Source of the DNA: a virus
Lineage: Duplodnaviria; Caudoviricetes
Virus record (IMG/VR): IMGVR_UViG_3300029288_000084
Location: 1-64,000 of that record
Strand: one strand, 5' to 3'
Length of the DNA stretch: 64,000 nt
Shown: piece after piece, positions 57,832 to 64,000 of the stretch
Position numbering within the stretch: position 1 is the stretch's first letter
Layout of the letters: every line of letters starts with the position of its first letter
Position numbers and translations under genes: made by a program
Notes under the pieces: generated by a model
What the model was told of the DNA's origin: nothing
Database searches by the model: none
What the model saw: the letters and a program-made list of their open reading frames with translations, nothing else

Positions 57832-59055
57832 TTATCCTTTTATCACAGCTAAGGGTTTTAATTCAACTAAAATTTTAACTAAATCTTTTTGATTTTCCAT
57901 TACCTCATCAATATTTTTGTATGCTCCTGCTGCTTCATCTAAATCATTTTTATTTCTTATTCCGTGAATGATTCCCTGATCATCCAATAATTTGATTTCA
58001 TCTTCTAAAGACAATTCATTTTGTGCTCTAGTTCTACTCATTTTCCTACCAGCACCATGACTGCATGAATTGAAACTATCAGTATTTCCTAAACCTTGAA
58101 CAATGTAACTTTTTGAACCTTGACTACCTGGAATAATTCCAACTGTATCTTGTCTTGCTAAAGTTGCACCTTTACGATGAACTAAAACATTTTGTCCAAA
58201 GTGTTTTTCCAATGTAGCGTAATTATGGGCAATATTAATAATTGCATTATTTGTATCAAAATAACCTAAACCTAATATACTTTCAAAAATTCCTAAAATT
58301 CTTTCCATCATTAATTTACGATTTGCATAAGCAAATTCAACGCAATAATTCATTTCACGCAAATAAGATTGTCCATCTTCATCATCTAATGGTAAAAATG
58401 CTAATTGCCATTCTTCTGGGACAATAGAATGCCATTTACTGTTTAATTCAATTGCCAACTTATTATAATGATCTGCTACTTGTTTTCCAAGATTGCGAGA
58501 TCCAGAATGAATCATAATCCAAATATATCCATCAGATCCTTTTTGAATTTCAATAAAGTGATTTCCACTGCCGAGAGTTCCAATTTGTGTTAAAGCATTA
58601 TCATATTGTTCTTGTATAATTGGATAAGCATCAAAATCTCCATCCCAACCATCTTTTTCTAATTGGGAAAGTGGCATTAGTGTAACATCTTGTTCTTTTT
58701 CTTGATGCTTAAAACCAACTGGAACAAATTCCCTAATCTTACTCATAATCTTTTTTAAGTCTTCAGTTGAAATTTCTTGTAGAGCTGTTTTAACAGCACA
58801 CATACCACAACCAATATCAACACCAACTGCATTAGGAATTACAACATCTTTTGTTGCTAAAACACCGCCTATCGGCATTCCATAACCCATATGAACATCT
58901 GGCATAATTGCAATATGATGAAATGCAAAAGGATATCTAGCAAGATTTTCTATTTGTCCCATTGCAGATTCTTCAACATTATCAGTCCATAATTTTACAG
59001 GTAAAGTAAAATTGTTTATAGTCAATCTTGGCGGAATATCACTAATTACTTTCAT
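57832..59055 (-). CDS. rtcB: RNA-splicing/repair ligase RtcB
   Basis: MPDVH.G.G.PIG, VGVDIGCG, GTLGSGNHFIE, HSGSR, HNY, HRKGAT, SHGAGR, DEA..AYK, IKG. Confidence 0.96.
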   Translation of the reverse strand: MKVISDIPPRLTINNFTLPVKLWTDNVEESAMGQIENLARYPFAFHHIAIMPDVHMGYGMPIGGVLATKDVVIPNAVGVDIGCGMCAVKTALQEISTEDLKKIMSKIREFVPVGFKHQEKEQDVTLMPLSQLEKDGWDGDFDAYPIIQEQYDNALTQIGTLGSGNHFIEIQKGSDGYIWIMIHSGSRNLGKQVADHYNKLAIELNSKWHSIVPEEWQLAFLPLDDEDGQSYLREMNYCVEFAYANRKLMMERILGIFESILGLGYFDTNNAIINIAHNYATLEKHFGQNVLVHRKGATLARQDTVGIIPGSQGSKSYIVQGLGNTDSFNSCSHGAGRKMSRTRAQNELSLEDEIKLLDDQGIIHGIRNKNDLDEAAGAYKNIDEVMENQKDLVKILVELKPLAVIKG

Positions 59056-59519
59056 ATTTCTTTGTACCTCTTTTTAAATTCTTCATTTGTAAAAATATTA
59101 TAATCATCATTTTCTTTAACTATCCAATCACCCCACTTTGCATATTTTGAATGTTCAATTATTCTATCAACTTTATATTCAACTTGTTTAATTTCTAAAC
59201 TATTATATTGCAGACCAAAAGCAGTATTTATTAAAAAATTAATTATCAAATTTTTAGGGCAATCTTTTGTAAATTGAATAGCTTCAACTACTTCAGACTG
59301 AGGAATTTTTTCATATTTTTTAACTTCAGTTATTTCTTCTTCTTCTTCTTTTCTTTGTGAAAGTTCTCTAAATCTACAAAACACAATATTATTGTTATCA
59401 TCATGATGTGAATGAAATATGCAGTGGGTACAACAAGCAGAACCTACCTTTATGTTATATAAATATGGACATTTAGTTAAACAAAGAGGACCATCTGATT
59501 CACATTTTATTTCTCTCAT
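59052..59519 (-). CDS. CxxxCP..VGSxxC domain fused to a common phage VEAIQF..GDWIVK domain
   Basis: two recognisable modules. Confidence 0.55.
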   Translation of the reverse strand: MREIKCESDGPLCLTKCPYLYNIKVGSACCTHCIFHSHHDDNNNIVFCRFRELSQRKEEEEEITEVKKYEKIPQSEVVEAIQFTKDCPKNLIINFLINTAFGLQYNSLEIKQVEYKVDRIIEHSKYAKWGDWIVKENDDYNIFTNEEFKKRYKEI

Positions 59520-59800
59520 TTCTTCTTCCTCTTCCTCAACCTGTAAACATCTTCAAACATGCCTAAGTAAACAAAGTTACTGGGTTGACCACCAGTAACT
59601 TTTACCCAATTTTTTCCTGTAATTTCCTTTCTGCTAAATTCTTTTGTATATAATCTTGTTGGATTTACCCAACGATTTCCATCATTACTTAAACTAATTA
59701 ATGTAACCTGTTTACAATTAACACGGGTAACTATATAATTCTCTTTATCTTTAACATACTGCCAAACCTGACCTTCCCTATACCCATCATTCTTCTTCAT
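59516..59800 (-). CDS. hypothetical protein
   Basis: AGGAG RBS after a class II promoter. Confidence 0.55.
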   Translation of the reverse strand: MKKNDGYREGQVWQYVKDKENYIVTRVNCKQVTLISLSNDGNRWVNPTRLYTKEFSRKEITGKNWVKVTGGQPSNFVYLGMFEDVYRLRKRKKK

Positions 59801-59817
59801 TTCATACTCCTACATCT

Positions 59818-59848
59818 ATTATAAAATAAAACTTAGAATAATTTAGTA
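59818..59848 (-). promoter_or_regulatory. TACTAAAT-N17-TATAAT promoter (class II) upstream of the rtcB-gp55 string
   Basis: exact motif. Confidence 0.8.
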
Positions 59849-59854
59849 ATTCAT

Positions 59855-62764
59855 TCAATTTTTCAACATAGAGACTGCATATTCTCTGAAGATTGCATTC
59901 TTCTTTTCGAAGATCCCCATCAAACCAAATTTTTCAACACAGTATTTGGTATATTGAGGCGATGATATTTTATTATCTAATAAATATTTATACATTGCTT
60001 TAAAACGACATCGTAGTTGATTGATCTGACATTTCTTAGAAAAGATATGTTGACGTGCTTTTGTGATAAGATCATTTGATAATTTTTCAACTTTTCTTAA
60101 GATATACTTAATCCATGAACGTGACATAACTTTATTTTTTTCTGCAATCTTTGTTTGATCATCTAATTCTAATCTTTTTCCATGTGCATGCAATAATTGA
60201 GTTTTTTGTAAGTATTCCCAAATTTCAGGAAATTCTCTTTGTTTCTTAACTGATTGATACATTCCTGTGTACGTAAAAATATTTTCGGTTGTATATTTTG
60301 TATCAATGTATGAGAATAAAGAAAAATTCATAATGACAATTACCTCTGAAATTTTATCTGTATTTCTGTACCCTAATACCCTTCCTAAAGCTTGATTCAA
60401 ATCATCATTTATTATTCTTGAAATCATCTCCTGTTCACAAGCTTTTGAATTTAAATATTCATAAAATGGCTCATTTGATTTTTTTGCAAGTTCTTTCAAA
60501 TCTTCTAAATAAAATCCTTTTTTCTCATTTATTTGTTCTGGATGAGGAAAAGTTAGAATGATTGCCATTTTTTTGGAACCCTCAATTTCTTGTAAAGAAT
60601 TTTTAAATCTATTTGTTCCTTTTGAATTCACAAAATTCCACTTTTGATTGATTGCATTAGCAATGATCATGTTTCCGTCTATCTTAAATCGATCCATTGT
60701 CAATTGTTTTATAAAAAGCAATCGATCTTTTCCTTGAAGAATAAATTCAGGTTTTGAAGATGAATTCATTCCCTCTACACCAATGAATGTTAATTTTGGA
60801 GAATGTATTTTATGCGACAAATCATAAATGTCAGCATCTCTTAAAATAACACAAGGAAGATCTTCTGTTGTTAGAATGGTGATATGGAAATTATCTTTCT
60901 TATACCAATCAATTTCTCTCTTTTCTAATAAAGTGGTAAAATTTCCGTAACTTTTTGCAATGAAATATTCTGTGTTTTGGTTTTGTAAATACTCAATCGT
61001 TTCTTTGTCTTGTTCATCACAATTGAAAAACAAATCACCTTGTTCCATTGTATTCCTTGTTGTATAAGCCAAAGCAGCCTTTATATTGTAATTCTTATCC
61101 ATTTTATCAATTATTTTTACAGATTTGTAAATATCTAATAAACACTCATCTTGAAAACATCTTACATGTTCTGAAAATGTTGAAATTAAATTTGACATGA
61201 AGAAAAATTTCTGAGTTGTCATTAGGTAAATTTTATTTTGTGCTTTGATTGCATCGATTTGTGCATGATACATTTCAAGCACTTGATCTTTTTCACTTTC
61301 AAACATTGGATTAGAGTAATGCGACATTAGGAAAGCTCTTATTGAAATATCTTCTAAAACAGATCTGTCGTCATCGTCTTGTACTTTACTTAATTCCTCT
61401 TTAACGAAAGAAATGATTTGTTTTTTGGTATATTCACTATTTGAGCCATTTACTGTAGCATTTGTTACAAAGTCTTCTTGAAATTTTTGTCTTTCATCTT
61501 TTTCTGTTTTGGAAAAAATTTCTTTGAAAAATAAATCATATCTTCTTGTTAATTCTTCAGCAATATTTTTTGCATTTTCTGTTTCGCCCCGATTGTATAA
61601 AACTGTGTTGTAAATCAGATTAGCATTGGAATAAATAACAATGTAGTCTTTTTGCAAATCATGTAATGTCTTTTCAATTTCTTGTAATCGTTCAATTGTA
61701 TTTGCTGTAAAGTACATTCCCTTTTCAATTAATTGACAAACTGCATATGACTTTCCTGTTCCTTCATTTGTTTTTATAATATCAATCTTGTAAGTATCAC
61801 CCTTGTATTTGTTGATTTCTAATATCAATTCTTTTATTCTTGCTTCCATCTTTTTTTGATTCACTTCTTGCGATTGGTTAAAATCGTTCATAGTAAATAC
61901 AGTTGGGTAAAATTCACCTCTTGTTGGATCAGAAATCATTTTTGAATCTGAATATACAAAAACACCAGGGCCTTTGTCTTGTGAATTTCTATGAAAATTC
62001 ATAGAACTATTTGATTCATTATAGTGAGAAAAGATCATTTGAGGGTACATATTGTTAACCTGTTTTACATATAATTCTTGAGCTTCTGTTTGAATAAAAG
62101 GATTTTTTTCTTTGAAAAATGAACCTTGAATTGGGATTTGTCCTTCATCGTATAATTCATTTTTCATATCAACATTAATTTCGAACATTTCACAAAATTG
62201 TTTATTGAAGGAAATCTTGTTTACTTTTTGTAAATTTGGAGTAGGATTGAAATATCTCGCTAAATCTTTTACAGCCTTGTCACATTTTAGTAAATCAATA
62301 AAATAGAGCGCATATGCTCTGTATTTATTTGCATCTGTGATTGGAACATTAGGGATAATTAAAATATGAAATCTATCACATGTTTTGCCATTTTTTTCTT
62401 TTTGATGATTTTTTGATTCAATTACAATATATGAGCATTGAATTCTGTTTAAAATTTCAATAGAATTTTGTAAAGTTTCCCCATCATCTATATCTAGTAA
62501 AATAGCAGATGCAATTTTCCAATTAAGATTTGTTCGATGGCCTTCTTTAAAGATAGAGGTTGAATATTTCTGCGTAGATAGTAATTCAATTAATTCTTTG
62601 TTATTTTCTTTTAATTCATTTTTGTGAAAAAATACTACACTATCAAAAGTTTTCAGTGCAGGTGATTCTGAGTCAGAGATAGAAAACCATATGTGATTTG
62701 AGTTTAAAAAATTTTTGGTAAGAGTTTTAAACTCTGAATAATTAGAATAAGATATTATTTCCAT
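59855..62764 (-). CDS. AEP-primase-like N-domain fused to a degenerate SF2-like helicase
   Basis: LLDIDDG, ESKNH, RFHILI, D..R.F (primase-like); NEGTGKS, FQDE, LNQALGR (helicase motifs I, II, VI). Confidence 0.6.
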   Translation of the reverse strand: MEIISYSNYSEFKTLTKNFLNSNHIWFSISDSESPALKTFDSVVFFHKNELKENNKELIELLSTQKYSTSIFKEGHRTNLNWKIASAILLDIDDGETLQNSIEILNRIQCSYIVIESKNHQKEKNGKTCDRFHILIIPNVPITDANKYRAYALYFIDLLKCDKAVKDLARYFNPTPNLQKVNKISFNKQFCEMFEINVDMKNELYDEGQIPIQGSFFKEKNPFIQTEAQELYVKQVNNMYPQMIFSHYNESNSSMNFHRNSQDKGPGVFVYSDSKMISDPTRGEFYPTVFTMNDFNQSQEVNQKKMEARIKELILEINKYKGDTYKIDIIKTNEGTGKSYAVCQLIEKGMYFTANTIERLQEIEKTLHDLQKDYIVIYSNANLIYNTVLYNRGETENAKNIAEELTRRYDLFFKEIFSKTEKDERQKFQEDFVTNATVNGSNSEYTKKQIISFVKEELSKVQDDDDRSVLEDISIRAFLMSHYSNPMFESEKDQVLEMYHAQIDAIKAQNKIYLMTTQKFFFMSNLISTFSEHVRCFQDECLLDIYKSVKIIDKMDKNYNIKAALAYTTRNTMEQGDLFFNCDEQDKETIEYLQNQNTEYFIAKSYGNFTTLLEKREIDWYKKDNFHITILTTEDLPCVILRDADIYDLSHKIHSPKLTFIGVEGMNSSSKPEFILQGKDRLLFIKQLTMDRFKIDGNMIIANAINQKWNFVNSKGTNRFKNSLQEIEGSKKMAIILTFPHPEQINEKKGFYLEDLKELAKKSNEPFYEYLNSKACEQEMISRIINDDLNQALGRVLGYRNTDKISEVIVIMNFSLFSYIDTKYTTENIFTYTGMYQSVKKQREFPEIWEYLQKTQLLHAHGKRLELDDQTKIAEKNKVMSRSWIKYILRKVEKLSNDLITKARQHIFSKKCQINQLRCRFKAMYKYLLDNKISSPQYTKYCVEKFGLMGIFEKKNAIFREYAVSMLKN

Positions 62765-62796
62765 TTGCGTAGCCTCCTAAAAATTTTATAACAAAA

Positions 62797-63018
62797 TTAT
62801 ATTTTTAAAATTCCTTCTAAAATAGACTCCCTAATCTTTGTAGCTTCTTCTGGGGTATCAAAAAACCATTCTAGTGAATTACCATCGAAAAAAAGTGATA
62901 TGTGAGAAACAATTTTCTTCTCTTTATCAATTTCTTTTTCTACAGTTTTTACATCAGAGATACCTGTAATTGAATCAGCTCTAATTAAATACCCTGGCAA
63001 TTTGATATACATATTCAC
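62797..63018 (-). CDS. hypothetical protein
   Basis: AGGAG RBS after a class II promoter. Confidence 0.55.
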   Translation of the reverse strand: MNMYIKLPGYLIRADSITGISDVKTVEKEIDKEKKIVSHISLFFDGNSLEWFFDTPEEATKIRESILEGILKI

Positions 63019-63022
63019 TCCT

Positions 63023-63053
63023 ATTTTAATCGATATTGTATGTTAATTTAGTA
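63023..63053 (-). promoter_or_regulatory. TACTAAAT-N17-TAAAAT promoter (class II)
   Basis: exact spacing. Confidence 0.75.
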
Positions 63054-63434
63054 TCAAAACTGAGGTACACCAGCTAAATCTCTATCAATTTTTTTCTTGT
63101 ACTCAACCCATAGTGATCTGATTGCTACATAGATGTTAAAAATGTTTGGCTTTGATTCTTCACTGATTAGAATTTCATCAAGATTGAAATAAATTCTTGC
63201 ACGATGTTCACCAAAGAAAATTTCAATTTCGGAATAGTTTAATACAGATTCCCCTTCAATTCCAAAATTACTTATGGTATTTTGCATTTGTTCATTGATA
63301 TTTATACCTACAATTTCATCCATATAAATCATCATTTGGTGCTTAGAAACATCTTCATATCTAATTACCAACATGTTATCATTAACAGTAGAAATTTTTA
63401 CATTTTGTAGATTTTTTTTGATTTCTAGAAACAT
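63054..63434 (-). CDS. hypothetical protein
   Basis: GGAGG RBS. Confidence 0.55.
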   Translation of the reverse strand: MFLEIKKNLQNVKISTVNDNMLVIRYEDVSKHQMMIYMDEIVGININEQMQNTISNFGIEGESVLNYSEIEIFFGEHRARIYFNLDEILISEESKPNIFNIYVAIRSLWVEYKKKIDRDLAGVPQF

Positions 63435-63435
63435 T

Positions 63436-63726
63436 TTATTCCTCCTTTTTTTCTTTCCAAATCCAACTTAATTTGATACAGTCACATATTGGTTCAAGTA
63501 CCCAATTTTTTCCACAAGAACATTTGATATTTGCCTCTTTGAAATAACTACTTTTGATTTTTAACAATGTTTTACCACAAGAACACTTCAAAATTATAGT
63601 TTTTTGTCTTCTGAATAACACTTTTCCATAATTCCTCGGTATTTGTATTGGCTGAACTGAATAAAGAGCTTCTGCTATTTGTTTTGGAATAGATTTTCTA
63701 ATTAACTGTAGTAGATCGTCGTTCAT
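63436..63726 (-). CDS. small protein with a gp23 (major capsid) Gol-like segment and CSCG zinc ribbon
   Basis: LLQLIRKSIPKQIAEALYSVQPIQIP resembles gp23 MGMVRRAIPNLIAFDICGVQPMNSP. Confidence 0.55.
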   Translation of the reverse strand: MNDDLLQLIRKSIPKQIAEALYSVQPIQIPRNYGKVLFRRQKTIILKCSCGKTLLKIKSSYFKEANIKCSCGKNWVLEPICDCIKLSWIWKEKKEE

Positions 63727-64000
63727 GTTCCTCTTACAAATTCAATTAAATTAGACAAAGCTTCTTTCCAATCTCTAGCATCGCCTGTAGCTGGCTCATC
63801 CATATAAATAAATTCCTCAAGAGGATTTAAGGTTTCTCCACTCTCCTTTTTTTTACTAACCTCATCCCAATCCGGTAATTTAATTTTCTTCATTGTTTTT
63901 ACCTAATCATCGTATTCATCATCTTCTAGCCCATCATCGGTAATAAACTCTTCATCCTCAATTTCTTCTTCGTTTTCTTCAATTTCTTTGTCTTCAGGAC

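Overview
About 64 kb of an AT-rich, T4-like (Tevenvirinae-type core) large dsDNA phage genome. Essentially all genes are on the minus strand. The window holds the replication/recombination core: NAD-dependent ligase, RegA, gp62/gp44/gp45, topoisomerase II gp39+60 and gp52, gp61 primase, RNase H, gp41, UvsX, gp43, gp46/gp47, gp55 and ThyX. It also holds two tRNAs, RtcB, a second AEP-primase/helicase-like protein and at least seven homing-endonuclease elements. The centrepiece is a complete 7-deazaguanine (preQ1) DNA-modification cluster directly upstream of the DNA polymerase: queD, queE, two MazG-like genes, folE, queC, queF and a dpdA/TGT-like gene. Between queC and queF it carries a DUF2156/LPG_synthase_C-like (aminoacyl-tRNA-dependent transferase fold) gene and a CxxxCxxCC Fe-S/Zn protein, suggesting a further-modified, possibly aminoacylated preQ1 base in DNA. 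Three genes of this block are invaded by selfish elements: a split intein plus Vsr-like endonuclease in gp43, an HNH intein at the QueF catalytic Cys, and an HNH domain fused to FolE. Three promoter classes are readable, including an 11-copy TACTAAAT-N17-TATAAT class that does not match T4 MotA middle promoters. All protein calls come from motif recognition by eye; no searches were run.
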